In this document: piece after piece, positions 29,949-40,087 of the stretch | Layout of the letters: every line of letters begins with the position of its first letter | Position numbering within the stretch: position 1 is the first letter of the stretch | Made by a program: the position numbers and the translations under genes | The notes under the pieces: model-generated | Database searches by the model: none | Seen by the model: only the letters and a program-made list of their open reading frames with translations | What the model was told of the DNA's origin: nothing | Assembly: GCA_039026595.1 (NCBI GenBank) | Contig: JBCCMA010000004.1 | Location: 1 to 57,204 of the forward strand | Length of the DNA stretch: 57,204 nt | From: Pseudomonadota bacterium | GTDB taxonomy: Bacteria; Pseudomonadota; Gammaproteobacteria; Steroidobacterales; JBCCMA01 | Reading direction: 5' to 3'

Positions 29949-30464
29949 ATGCCCGATCATGAACGAATCTTCCTAATTGGCCCGATGGGCGCCGGCAAGA
30001 GCGCGGTTGGCCGCAGTGTGGCGTCGCAGCTCGATTTCGACTTCGCCGATACGGACAGCGAGGTGGAGCGCAACGCAGGTGTCGATATTCCGTTCATTTT
30101 TGAGAAAGAGGGTGAACCCGGATTTCGCTTGCGGGAGCACCGCGCTCTGAGCGCGCTGTGCAACCGTTCGAGGGTTGTCGTGGCCACCGGCGGTGGCTGC
30201 GTCACCACGCCGGCCAATCGTGACTTGCTGGAGCGCAATGGCACCGTTATTTATCTTATGGCCAGCATCGATCAGCTGTTTGAGCGTGTGCGCTGTTCCC
30301 ACCACCGGCCTTTGCTACAGACCGATGACCCGCGGTCTGCGCTCGAGTTAATTGTGGCGTCACGGCGTGACCTCTACGAGAGCGTGGCAGACGTCACCGT
30401 GGACACCGAAGGTCAGCGTGTCATGCAGGTGGCACGCGGAATCGCTCGGCAGCTCGTGACATGA
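29949..30464 (+). CDS. aroK: Shikimate kinase
   Basis: GPMGAGKS, IFEKEGE.GFR.RE, ATGGG, RPLL. Confidence 0.96.
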   Translation: MPDHERIFLIGPMGAGKSAVGRSVASQLDFDFADTDSEVERNAGVDIPFIFEKEGEPGFRLREHRALSALCNRSRVVVATGGGCVTTPANRDLLERNGTVIYLMASIDQLFERVRCSHHRPLLQTDDPRSALELIVASRRDLYESVADVTVDTEGQRVMQVARGIARQLVT

Positions 30465-31543
30465 CCGGGCACGCCCTGCACGTCGAGCTTGGCGAGCGCC
30501 GGTATCGCATCGATATCGGCGCCGGCCTTCTTGGTGATCCCGACATCTGGTCCGCGCTGCCGTTGGGACAAACCGTTCTGGTGGTCACCGACCACAATGT
30601 CGGAGCGCACTACGCTGCCGCCGTCTGCGACCGTTTGAGCGACCGGGACTGCCGCGTCCACAGTGTGCCGCCGGGCGAGTCGACCAAATCGATGGCGCAC
30701 GTTAACCGGATTCTGGACGCGCTGATCGACCATGGGGCGCGGCGTGATGCCACCGTGATCGCCCTAGGCGGTGGTGTGGTGGGCGATCTGGCCGGCTTCG
30801 CCGCGGCGTGCTATCTGCGCGGCATTGCGTTCGTGCAGATTCCCACCTCGCTTCTGGCCCAGGTGGACTCATCCGTGGGCGGGAAGACCGGAGTCAACCA
30901 CGCCCGTGGCAAGAACCTGATCGGCGCGTTTCACCAGCCGGCTGCCGTGGTGATTGACACCGATACGCTGAGCACGCTGCCGGACAACGAACTGTCAGCC
31001 GGACTTGCCGAAGTTATCAAGACCGCCCTTCTCGCCGACGGTGAGTTCTTCGAGTGGCTGGAGCAAAACATGGACGCGCTGCGTCGCCGTGACCCAAACG
31101 CACTGGCGCACGCCATCTCGCGCTGCTGCGCGATCAAAGCCGGCGTTGTGGCACGCGACGAGCGCGAAGCAGGCGAGCGCATGCTGCTCAATCTCGGCCA
31201 CACGTTCGGACACGCCATCGAAAACGTCACGGCCTATCGCGGATGGCTGCACGGAGAGGCCGTCGGTGCCGGGCTTGTGATGGCAGCCGATCTGTCGGCG
31301 GCGCGCGGGCACATCGCACCGGACGACGTGGATCGCGTGCGGCGCGCGGTCGCAAGCGCTGGCTTACCGGTCGATGCCCGGAACCTCGACGCCGAAGCAC
31401 TCGTCAGCGCCATGGCCCACGACAAGAAGTTCCAGCACGGCAGAGCCCGCTTCATCTTGCTCGAACAACTCGGCTTGGCGTTTGTTGCCGATGACGTGGA
31501 CCCGGCGATGATGTCGTCGCGCCTGGCGACGTTTTGCCGATGA
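30461..31543 (+). CDS. aroB: 3-dehydroquinate synthase
   Basis: GGGVVGDL, PTSLLAQVDSSVGGKT, LNLGHTFGH, HGEAV. Confidence 0.97.
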   Translation: MTGHALHVELGERRYRIDIGAGLLGDPDIWSALPLGQTVLVVTDHNVGAHYAAAVCDRLSDRDCRVHSVPPGESTKSMAHVNRILDALIDHGARRDATVIALGGGVVGDLAGFAAACYLRGIAFVQIPTSLLAQVDSSVGGKTGVNHARGKNLIGAFHQPAAVVIDTDTLSTLPDNELSAGLAEVIKTALLADGEFFEWLEQNMDALRRRDPNALAHAISRCCAIKAGVVARDEREAGERMLLNLGHTFGHAIENVTAYRGWLHGEAVGAGLVMAADLSAARGHIAPDDVDRVRRAVASAGLPVDARNLDAEALVSAMAHDKKFQHGRARFILLEQLGLAFVADDVDPAMMSSRLATFCR

Positions 31544-32643
31544 CCCTCGCACCCTTTGCCGCGCACCCGGCCACCTCCCGCGGACGTCAACACGACGAGC
31601 CGCCCTCGCGTTTCCGCGACGAATTCCAGCGGGATCGGGACCGCATCATCCACTGCACCGCGTTCCGGCGGCTGGAATACAAGACGCAGGTGTTCGTCAA
31701 TCACGAGGGCGACCTGTACCGCACGCGGCTGACACACTCACTTGAGGTCGCGCAGGTGGGTCGTGCCATCGCCCGCGCGCTTGGACTGAACGAAGATCTC
31801 ACCGAAGCGATTTGTCTGGCGCACGATCTGGGGCACACACCCTTCGGTCACGCCGGGCAGCACGCATTGAATGACTGCATGCGCGATCACGGCGGGTTTG
31901 AGCACAACCTCCAGTCGCTCCGGGTGGTGGATTTGCTCGAGCACAAGTACCCCGATTTTGACGGGCTGAATCTGACCTTCGAGGCCCGCGAGGGCATTTT
32001 AAAACACTGCGCACGCCGCCATGCACGCGAGCTTGGCAACGTCGGACGTCGGTTTCTCGATGGCACTCAGCCGGGCGCCGAAGCACAACTGGCCAACATT
32101 GCGGATGAAATTGCCTACAACAACCACGATGTGGATGACGGACTGCGCTCCGAGCTGATCACGGTCGACGCCCTGCGCGAGGTGGCGCTGTTCAGCGAGC
32201 ACTACGATGCAGCCAGCCGTGAACACGCCCAAGCGGATACGCGCATCATCGTGCACGAAACCGTGCGACGGATGATCGGCGATATGGTCCACGACGTGAT
32301 CGGCCACAGCACAGCTCGCCTCGAAGAAGATGCACCGACCACCATTGACGCGCTGAGGCAGCTGCCCTCAGCGTGCATTTCCATGAGCCCGGGCATGCTG
32401 GACAGCCACCGGGCGATGAAGCGTTTCCTGATGGCCAACTTGTACCGACACCCGCGCGTGCGGGCGATGACCGACAACGCGGAACGCACGATCCACGGAC
32501 TGTTCGCGGCCTACACCGAGCGGCCCGAGCGGATGGCGCTGACCCGGGATCCCGCCGTCGCGTTTGAACGACAGGTCGCGGACTACATTGCCGGGATGAC
32601 CGACCGGTTTGCGCTGCGTGAATTCGACCGGTGGTGCGGCTGA
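31540..32643 (+). CDS. dgt: dGTP triphosphohydrolase (short form)
   Basis: FQRDRDRI, RTRLTHSLEV, HDLGH, DYIAGMTDRFA. Confidence 0.93.
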   Translation: MTLAPFAAHPATSRGRQHDEPPSRFRDEFQRDRDRIIHCTAFRRLEYKTQVFVNHEGDLYRTRLTHSLEVAQVGRAIARALGLNEDLTEAICLAHDLGHTPFGHAGQHALNDCMRDHGGFEHNLQSLRVVDLLEHKYPDFDGLNLTFEAREGILKHCARRHARELGNVGRRFLDGTQPGAEAQLANIADEIAYNNHDVDDGLRSELITVDALREVALFSEHYDAASREHAQADTRIIVHETVRRMIGDMVHDVIGHSTARLEEDAPTTIDALRQLPSACISMSPGMLDSHRAMKRFLMANLYRHPRVRAMTDNAERTIHGLFAAYTERPERMALTRDPAVAFERQVADYIAGMTDRFALREFDRWCG

Positions 32644-32689
32644 AGCAATCCGGCCGCGCGGGCAACTAACGGTGGTAGGATACGCGCCG

Positions 32690-33427
32690 ATGAACGGACC
32701 CCGACCGCACAAAGCCGAAATCGCCAACCGCGATCGATTGATCTTCGCTCTCGATGTCGCGTCGGTCGACGCCGCGCGCGATCTGGTGGACGAACTGGGT
32801 GACAGCGTCCAGTTCTACAAACTTGGACTCGAGTTGATGACCTCGGGCGGCTATTTCGATTTGCTCGACGAATTGACCGGGCGGGGCAAGAAGATCTTCG
32901 CTGACCTAAAGCTGTTCGATGTGCCGGCAACCGTCGCGGCCGCCGTGCGCGGCTTGAATAATCGGGGCATTCACTTTGCGACGGTCCACGGCAATCAGGC
33001 CGTTATGGAGGCCGCCGCCGAAGCGGCCGAAGACGTCCGCATTCTTGCGGTCACCGTGCTGACCAGCCTTGACCGCGGCGATCTGGATGACCTCGGATTC
33101 GATTGTGACCTCGACGCCCTTGTTCTGTCCCGCGCGCGACGTGCCCTGGAGGCCGGCTGCGCTGGAGTGATCTCATCCGGTCTGGAGGCGCCAAAATTGC
33201 GCGCCCACGTTGACCCTGCGCTGACCGTGGTGACACCCGGCATTCGACCGGTCGACAATCGACCCGCCGACGATCAGAAGCGCGTAGTGGATGTCGCACA
33301 AGCGTTCGCCAATGGCGCCGACCACATCGTAGTGGGCCGCCCTATTCGCAATGCGCCCTCGCCCCGCAAAGCGGCGGAGGCCATGCAGGCCACCATTGAT
33401 ACCGTGTTCAGCACCGTGACGACCTGA
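32690..33427 (+). CDS. pyrF: Orotidine-5'-phosphate decarboxylase
   Basis: [31 protein letters not shown]. Confidence 0.95.
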   Translation: MNGPRPHKAEIANRDRLIFALDVASVDAARDLVDELGDSVQFYKLGLELMTSGGYFDLLDELTGRGKKIFADLKLFDVPATVAAAVRGLNNRGIHFATVHGNQAVMEAAAEAAEDVRILAVTVLTSLDRGDLDDLGFDCDLDALVLSRARRALEAGCAGVISSGLEAPKLRAHVDPALTVVTPGIRPVDNRPADDQKRVVDVAQAFANGADHIVVGRPIRNAPSPRKAAEAMQATIDTVFSTVTT

Positions 33428-33476
33428 AAGCAAAATCGCAAAGACAACCACGACAGACCATCACCAGAGAAGACCA

Positions 33477-34538
33477 TTGACCCTTACCTTCGCGCCGAAA
33501 AACGACCGCTTTCTGCGTGCATTGACGCGCCAGAGCGTGGATTGCACACCCATCTGGCTGATGCGCCAGGCGGGCCGATATCTGCCTGAGTATCGTGAAC
33601 TTCGCGCCGAAGCCGGCAGCTTTATGGCGCTGGCCAGCAATCCCGAGCTGGCGTGCGAGGTCACGATCCAGCCAACGCGGCGCTTTGACCTGGATGCCGC
33701 CATCCTGTTTTCCGACATTCTGACGGTGCCGGATGCCATGGGCGCGGGCCTCTATTTTGCCGAGGGCGAGGGACCGAAGTTCCATCACCCGGTGCGCTCG
33801 GAGGCCGACGTTCGCACGTTACCAATTCCGGACGTGGAAGAAACCCTCGGCTATGTGACCGAGGCGATCAAGCGCATCCGGATCGAGCTGGCCGACCGGA
33901 TCCCGTTGATCGGATTCTGTGGGTCGCCGTGGACGGTCGCCACGTACATGGTAGAAGGCGGCTCATCCAAGAATTACGCGATCATCAAAAAGATGATGTT
34001 CCAGTCTCCGGACGTGCTGCACGCCCTGCTCGCCAAGCTCACCGAAACAACGGTCGCCTACCTCGATGCACAGGTCCGCGCGGGCGCGCAGGCCCTGATG
34101 ATTTTCGATACCTGGGGCAGCGCGCTGTCGGGTCCAAGTTACCGCGAATTTTCGCTGCGCTACATGGCCGAACTGGTCGACCGCGTCAATCGCAACAGCG
34201 ATCACTATGTGCCGCTGGTCCTGTTCACCAAAGGCGGCGGTGGCTGGCTTGAGGACATGGCAGCCACCGGCTGCGATGCGCTGGGCTGCGACTGGACGGT
34301 GTCACTCGGTGATGCCAAACGACGGGTCGGGGACCGCGTTGCGCTACAGGGCAATCTTGACCCCGGCGCGCTGTACGGCACGCCGGAGTCGGTGCGTGCC
34401 AGCGCAAGGGCCGTCCTCGAGGACTTCGGCGACGGCCATGGCCATGTGTTCAACCTCGGCCACGGCATCCATCCCACGATCGATCCCGCCAACGTCGAAG
34501 CCCTGGTCAACGAAGTCCACGCGGCCAGCGCGCGGTGA
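33477..34538 (+). CDS. hemE: Uroporphyrinogen decarboxylase
   Basis: [30 protein letters not shown]. Confidence 0.97.
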   Translation: MTLTFAPKNDRFLRALTRQSVDCTPIWLMRQAGRYLPEYRELRAEAGSFMALASNPELACEVTIQPTRRFDLDAAILFSDILTVPDAMGAGLYFAEGEGPKFHHPVRSEADVRTLPIPDVEETLGYVTEAIKRIRIELADRIPLIGFCGSPWTVATYMVEGGSSKNYAIIKKMMFQSPDVLHALLAKLTETTVAYLDAQVRAGAQALMIFDTWGSALSGPSYREFSLRYMAELVDRVNRNSDHYVPLVLFTKGGGGWLEDMAATGCDALGCDWTVSLGDAKRRVGDRVALQGNLDPGALYGTPESVRASARAVLEDFGDGHGHVFNLGHGIHPTIDPANVEALVNEVHAASAR

Positions 34539-35797
34539 CTGCGCCGGCGCCCGCGTCGGCGACCGGCACTCCGCAAGACCTGGCATTGCGGCGCATGAAG
34601 CGCGTCGCCACCCTGCTGCTTCTGGCGATGACCTTGTTGTTCGTCGCGACCTATCAGATCGCCCCTGCGTCATGGGTCGGCTACGTGCGCGCATTTGCCG
34701 AAGCGGCCATGGTGGGGGCGCTGGCCGACTGGTTCGCCGTCACGGCGCTCTTTCGCCATCCGCTCGGCTTGCCCATCCCCCACACGGCCATCATTCCCGA
34801 GAACAAGGACCGACTTGGCGATGCGCTCGCGCGCTTTGTTCGCCAGAATTTTCTGACACCCGAGGTACTGGCGCCGCGGCTTGAAGGCATCGCGTTCGGT
34901 CGTCGTCTCGGTAGTTGGCTGCAGCGCGATGACAACGCGGCGAGGATCGCGCGCGACGCCGGCGCGCTGGTGACCTGGATTCTGCGCGCGGTGGACGATG
35001 ACGCTATTCGCGGGTTCTTATCCCGAAACCTCCACCTTGGCTTTGGACAGATCAAGGCCAGCCAGCTCGTATCACGCGTCCTCGCGCTGATCACCGCCGA
35101 CGGTCGCCACCAGAGGCTGGTCGACGAGGTGGTGAAGATCCTGCGCGAGCAGCTCTATGAAAATCGACGACGTTTGCGGGAACGCATCACCAACCGCACG
35201 CCGTGGTGGATGCCGGACTTCGTGGACGATGAAATCTACGACAAGATCATGACCGAGCTGGAGAGCGTGCTGGACCAGATCGGTGATGATCCCGACCACC
35301 CCGCTCGCATCAAATTTAATGACGCCACCGACGAGTTGATCCGCAACATGGCGAGTGACCCGGCAATGATCGCGCGGGGCGAACAAATCAAGCGCGAGAT
35401 ACTGGAACACCCCAGTGTGACCGAGTACCTCGGCGGCAGCTGGACACAATTGCGCGATTGGCTCGGGGGGGAGATGAGCGCACCTGACTCCGCCACCCAA
35501 CAAAAACTGACCCGCGCCTTGAAACGACTGGGCGCAGCTCTGGACGACGACGATGCGATGCGTGAGCAGGTCGACGGATGGCTACGAGGTGTTCTGCTTT
35601 ATTTCGTGGCCAACTACCGTGAGGCGATCAGCCAGGTGATCTCGGACACCGTGCGTGCGTGGGATGGAGAGGCGACCGCCCGACGAATTGAACGGCAGGT
35701 TGGTCGCGACCTGCAGTTTATCCGCATCAACGGCACGCTGGTGGGGGGCTGCGCGGGCCTATTAATCTACACGCTCGTGCACGCGCTTACAGGCTAG
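34535..35797 (+). CDS. DUF445 family membrane protein
   Basis: [22 protein letters not shown] and [16 protein letters not shown]. Confidence 0.9.
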   Translation: MTAPAPASATGTPQDLALRRMKRVATLLLLAMTLLFVATYQIAPASWVGYVRAFAEAAMVGALADWFAVTALFRHPLGLPIPHTAIIPENKDRLGDALARFVRQNFLTPEVLAPRLEGIAFGRRLGSWLQRDDNAARIARDAGALVTWILRAVDDDAIRGFLSRNLHLGFGQIKASQLVSRVLALITADGRHQRLVDEVVKILREQLYENRRRLRERITNRTPWWMPDFVDDEIYDKIMTELESVLDQIGDDPDHPARIKFNDATDELIRNMASDPAMIARGEQIKREILEHPSVTEYLGGSWTQLRDWLGGEMSAPDSATQQKLTRALKRLGAALDDDDAMREQVDGWLRGVLLYFVANYREAISQVISDTVRAWDGEATARRIERQVGRDLQFIRINGTLVGGCAGLLIYTLVHALTG

Positions 35798-36677
35798 CAA
35801 AGCGGGCGACCAGCGCATCCACGAAAACGGTGACCTTGGACGAAAGATGTCGGTGCCGCGGGTACACCGCGGAGAGTGTCAATTCGCCCGGCGCCTGCTC
35901 AGGCAACACAACCACCAGCGCGCCGTCGGCCAGTTCAGGCGCCACAATAAATTCAGGCAGCAGCGCAATGCCCTGATCCGCCATCGCGGCGGCCGCCAGC
36001 ACCTCACCATTGTTGGACCACATGACGCAGTGGATCGGATAGGCGCGCTCTCCGCCCTCGCCGGCAAGTCGCCATTGGCTGGCAACGCCGGAGTAGCCGT
36101 ACTGAAGGCAACGGTGTTCGCGCAGATCCTCGGGCTTCGAAAGCGGCGGCGCCGCCGCGAGATACTCAGGCGATGCGCACAGGACCCGCCTGACCGGCGC
36201 GATATCGCGACGAATCACGCTGGTCAGATAGCTGGGAGACGCGATCCTGAGCGTCACGTCGAACCCCTCTTCAATGGTATCGACCGGCCGGTCGTTGAGG
36301 AGAAGCTCGATCCGAAGGCGCGGGTACTCACGCAGGAAGTCGGCCACGGCGTGGCGCAGGTAGGTCATGCCAAAGGACATCGGCGCGTTGACCCGCAGGG
36401 TGCCAGATGGCGTCTCGCGACTGTCGCGCACGGCCGCCACCGCGTCGTCATAATCAGCAAGCAAACCACGCGCGCGATCGTAGAAGGCCAGACCTGTGTC
36501 CGTCGGGGTGACCTTCCGCGTACTGCGCTGCAAGAGCTGAACTCCCAGCTCGTTCTCAAGCGCAATCACCGCCTTGTTCACGGCCGAACGGGACAGGCCC
36601 ATATCGCGCGCCGCCGCCGCGAAGCCGAGTTTTTCCACTACGCGGGTAAACGCCCGCATCCCCGCGAATCGGTCCAT
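35787..36677 (-). CDS. LysR-family regulator (CrgA/DmlR-like)
   Basis: MDRF..M..F..VVE..GF..AA HTH; EEGFDVTLRI; divergent from pirin. Confidence 0.92.
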   Translation of the reverse strand: MDRFAGMRAFTRVVEKLGFAAAARDMGLSRSAVNKAVIALENELGVQLLQRSTRKVTPTDTGLAFYDRARGLLADYDDAVAAVRDSRETPSGTLRVNAPMSFGMTYLRHAVADFLREYPRLRIELLLNDRPVDTIEEGFDVTLRIASPSYLTSVIRRDIAPVRRVLCASPEYLAAAPPLSKPEDLREHRCLQYGYSGVASQWRLAGEGGERAYPIHCVMWSNNGEVLAAAAMADQGIALLPEFIVAPELADGALVVVLPEQAPGELTLSAVYPRHRHLSSKVTVFVDALVARFASL

Positions 36678-36689
36678 AATTCAACCTAT

Positions 36690-36708
36690 TGTCGCTAATT
36701 TAGCGACA
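36690..36708. promoter_or_regulatory. Perfect palindrome, probable operator of the divergent LysR
   Basis: TGTCGCTAA-T-TTAGCGACA just upstream of the LysR start. Confidence 0.6.
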
Positions 36709-36794
36709 CTATGATTCTCTTTTGCATGATTGTCTTGATTATTGAGCGCTCTCAGACTTGTCGTATCCAATATTCAACCTCAAGGAGAGCGGTT

Positions 36795-37490
36795 ATGTTA
36801 ACGATTCGACCCTCACAGGAGCGCGGCCGCGCCGACCACGGCTGGCTAAAGAGCCAGCATACGTTTTCGTTCGGTCAGTACTACGATCCCCGGTTCATGG
36901 GCTTTGGCCCGCTGCGTGTGATCAACGAAGACCACGTCGCGCCCGGAAAGGGCTTTGCGACCCATCGCCACCAGGATATGGAGATCATCTCCTACGTGCT
37001 GGACGGCGCGCTTGAGCACAAGGACAGCCTCGGCACCGGTTCGATTATCCGCCCCGGCGATGTGCAGCGTATGACGGCGGGGACCGGTGTCAGCCACAGT
37101 GAATACAACGGCTCGACCGACCAGAGCGTCCATTTCCTGCAGATCTGGATTGTTCCGGAGCGCGAGGGCCTCACCCCGGGCTACGAGCAGATCCATATCC
37201 CGCGTGCGGAAAAATCAGACCAGTGGCGATTGATCGGGTCACGGGACGGTCGGGCAGGCTCAGTAACGATCCATCAGGATGTGGATCTGTACGCCGCCGT
37301 GCTGAGCGGTGACAGCGCCGTGACTCACACGCTGGCACCCGGCCGACGTGCCTGGCTGCAGGTGGCAAAGGGAGCGGTCAAGCTGGACGGCAACATGCTC
37401 AATGCGGGCGACGGCGTGGCCATTGTCAACCGCGAGGCGTTTACGGTCGCCGGTGATGGAGGCGAGGTGCTGCTGTTTGATAGGGCGTAA
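36795..37490 (+). CDS. Pirin family protein (YhhW-like)
   Basis: RGRADHGWL.S.HTFSF, H.HQDMEI, MTAGTGVSHSE, LQIWI; SD AAGGAG. Confidence 0.93.
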   Translation: MLTIRPSQERGRADHGWLKSQHTFSFGQYYDPRFMGFGPLRVINEDHVAPGKGFATHRHQDMEIISYVLDGALEHKDSLGTGSIIRPGDVQRMTAGTGVSHSEYNGSTDQSVHFLQIWIVPEREGLTPGYEQIHIPRAEKSDQWRLIGSRDGRAGSVTIHQDVDLYAAVLSGDSAVTHTLAPGRRAWLQVAKGAVKLDGNMLNAGDGVAIVNREAFTVAGDGGEVLLFDRA

Positions 37491-37504
37491 TCGACCGCGC
37501 GGCG

Positions 37505-38035
37505 TCAGCGTCCCTGGCGCCGCGCGCGCTTCTCGCGATAGTGCGCTTTCGTCGCGACATAGAGCGTCTTCGTGACCTCGCAAAACGTCTTCTCGCGCGC
37601 GCGATCGGTCAGAGCAACCGCTTTGTCAAAAACAAATTCACCCTGCTCGTCGGCTGCTTGGCGAATCGACTCAATTTCTTCCTGCGTATACACAAAGTCT
37701 GCGTAAAGCGTCTCGCGGCCAGGGCGTCTGAAGCGTATCGTCGCGGCCTTGTCCCAGACCACGTAACCGTCGCCGAGAATATTGATGAGCTGGACCATAT
37801 AAATCGGGTCCACCGCCGAATAAAGGCTGCCGCCGAAAATGGACCCAACGTAGTTGCGGTTACGCCAACTCAACGGAAGTTTGATCGTCGCGTGCATCAG
37901 ATCCGGCGTCATCGATGTAATGCGCGCCGTTGTGCGGCGATACATCGGCGACAGGTTGAACGCGTATTTGAAAAACACGTGTGGCGGCACCAGGCGCAGA
38001 CCCGCCGCGGTGAGTTTCTGGTAGAAGCTCGGCAT
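37505..38035 (-). CDS. DUF4442/PaaI-like hotdog-fold protein
   Basis: NRNYVGSIFGGSLYSAVDP, VVWDKAATIRF. Confidence 0.8.
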   Translation of the reverse strand: MPSFYQKLTAAGLRLVPPHVFFKYAFNLSPMYRRTTARITSMTPDLMHATIKLPLSWRNRNYVGSIFGGSLYSAVDPIYMVQLINILGDGYVVWDKAATIRFRRPGRETLYADFVYTQEEIESIRQAADEQGEFVFDKAVALTDRAREKTFCEVTKTLYVATKAHYREKRARRQGR

Positions 38036-38045
38036 GTCGCTCCCT

Positions 38046-38810
38046 CTATGGCGGCAGAATCTCGTGAAGCACGTCGCCGTACCAACTTTCGACCGGCGCA
38101 TCATCAAAAAGCGCATCCAGTACGTGTCGTTCGCGCTCCGCCAGCGCATCCAGAAAACGATAGGACCCTTTCATTTTCTTGAAAGCGGCTAGCCCGCGCT
38201 CCAGAAAGCTCTGCAATTCGCCGAAGCCGGCTGCTTTCGCCGGTGCCCGGGCGACCTTCACCGTCAGGTAAATCATTTTCTTTTGCACAGCCGCCTCAAG
38301 CGTCGACGCCGCTTCAACGGCCAGTTCGATCTGGCGCTGGCGCTCTTCATAGTTGTCACAGATGCGGTACGCCTTTGCGTACATTTCCGGCGTCAGGGCG
38401 TCGAGGCCGCCGGCGGGATCGAGACCCAGATTGTCAGTGAGTGCCCCGGCCAAATCCCGATCGAGGGCCATACTCAATGCATTGAGTTCGAGGGCCTGCG
38501 CCAGCGATTCAATCGCATCAACGGACAGAACCTTGACCATCAACGGGTACACACGCTCGATATCGCTGTCGCGCTGACTGAAGTCCGTGGGTCCGTAGAT
38601 ATCGGTCAGAAAGAAATCCAGCGCCGCGCGGTAGCGTTTGGTCTTATGGTAATCGGCGTAGGTCACGCTCAGACGATCAACCTGCCACCTGGCCAGCAGT
38701 TCGCGATCGGCCGGCAGGCCTTCACCAACCTGATCACTGGGGGTCAGGCGGCGCGTCTCGTCGATGAGCCTTTTGAATCGGCTGGCGGCAGACTGCCGGG
38801 CGGTGGGCAT
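38046..38810 (-). CDS. Conserved hypothetical protein (FFLEELY-motif family)
   Basis: WQ..RL..TYAD, FFLTDIYG..DFSQRD, LQSFLERG..AF..M. Confidence 0.75.
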   Translation of the reverse strand: MPTARQSAASRFKRLIDETRRLTPSDQVGEGLPADRELLARWQVDRLSVTYADYHKTKRYRAALDFFLTDIYGPTDFSQRDSDIERVYPLMVKVLSVDAIESLAQALELNALSMALDRDLAGALTDNLGLDPAGGLDALTPEMYAKAYRICDNYEERQRQIELAVEAASTLEAAVQKKMIYLTVKVARAPAKAAGFGELQSFLERGLAAFKKMKGSYRFLDALAERERHVLDALFDDAPVESWYGDVLHEILPP

Positions 38811-38899
38811 GATGGAGGCGCTCGCTTGGGTTCGTGCTACAATGCTGCGGTGCGCAATTTTACACGAAACCGGGACGCCATGAAGTCTCGACGAATCCT

Positions 38900-40087
38900 A
38901 TGACCACGCCGGCATCGCGCGGGGTGGGTCTTGCCCTCGCCGGAGGGGGGCCGCTGGGTGGTATGTATGAGGTCGGCGCGCTGATCGCGCTGGATGAGGC
39001 GCTCGACGGCGTCGATCTGCATCACCTTGACCTCTATGTGGGGGTCAGCGCCGGGGCCTTTGTCAGTGCAAATCTGGCCAACGGCCTGAGCATCAGCGAC
39101 ATCGTTCGTATTTTTATAGCGAACAAGTCGATCCGCCACCCCATTCGCCCTGGTCTGTTCATGCGCCCCGCCGTGCGTGAATACCTGCGCGGACTGCGTG
39201 CCCTGCCCGGCTCGGTCGCGCGGGCGGTCGACGATCTGGTCAGGCGGCCGCTGGATGCCGGCCTGTTCGGCGCCCTGCGTCATCTGCAGCAGGCCATTCC
39301 CAACGCGGTGTTTGCCAACGAGCCGCTACGGCGCTTCTTATCCGAACTCTACACATCGGGCGGGCGCAGCGACGATTTTCGCGAGCTCGACCGACAGCTG
39401 CATATTGTTGCCACCAACCTCGACACGGGACGGCCGATCGTGTTCGGCCCGTCGCGCGATAACGACGTGCCCATCTCAACGGCGGTACAGGCAAGCACCG
39501 CCCTGCCGGGCCTGTTTCCGCCCGTGAACATCGATGGCGAGGACTATGTCGACGGCGGACTGTTGCGCACCTTGCACGCATCGGTGGCGCTGGAGCATGA
39601 CGTCGACCTGTTGATTTGTGTAAACCCGATCGTTCCGTTTGACGCCAGTCGCAGCACCGAAGACCCCGGCCAGGTGCGTCTCGCTCGTCAGGGGCTGCCG
39701 GTGGTGCTGTCACAAACCTTCCGCGCGTTGATCCACTCCCGCATGGAAGTGGGCATGGGGCGCTATGAAGAGCTGTTCCCGGATCGAGATGTGGTGCTGT
39801 TCGAGCCGAAACGCGAAGACACGCTGATGTTCTTCTCCAACCCGTTCAGTTACGCCAGTCGTCGACGCGTCTGTGAGCACGCGTATCAATCCACGCGAGC
39901 AGATCTGTGGCGACGCCGCCGCGTGCTCGCGCCGGTTCTGGCACGCCATGGCATCACACTCAACACGTCCGTACTGCGCGATCGCAAACGGCACTACCAC
40001 ACCAATCTTGACGCCCTGCCGCCGCCAGCGCGCAGCGGCAACCTGCGCGAGCGCCTGGTCGCAGCGGTCGCTCGTCTGGAGAGCTAG
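38900..40087 (+). CDS. Patatin-like phospholipase/esterase
   Basis: AGGG oxyanion loop, GVSAG nucleophile, YVDGG. Confidence 0.92.
   Translation: MTTPASRGVGLALAGGGPLGGMYEVGALIALDEALDGVDLHHLDLYVGVSAGAFVSANLANGLSISDIVRIFIANKSIRHPIRPGLFMRPAVREYLRGLRALPGSVARAVDDLVRRPLDAGLFGALRHLQQAIPNAVFANEPLRRFLSELYTSGGRSDDFRELDRQLHIVATNLDTGRPIVFGPSRDNDVPISTAVQASTALPGLFPPVNIDGEDYVDGGLLRTLHASVALEHDVDLLICVNPIVPFDASRSTEDPGQVRLARQGLPVVLSQTFRALIHSRMEVGMGRYEELFPDRDVVLFEPKREDTLMFFSNPFSYASRRRVCEHAYQSTRADLWRRRRVLAPVLARHGITLNTSVLRDRKRHYHTNLDALPPPARSGNLRERLVAAVARLES

Noticed and set aside
31540-32643. dGTPase as an anti-phage defence gene
   Set aside because: Short housekeeping-type dgt overlapping aroB in a core operon, with no defence-island context.
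33477-34538. hemE as a marker of an alphaproteobacterial-type oriC
   Set aside because: Only about 50 bp separate pyrF and hemE, with no DnaA boxes or AT-rich tract; gene content is gammaproteobacterial.
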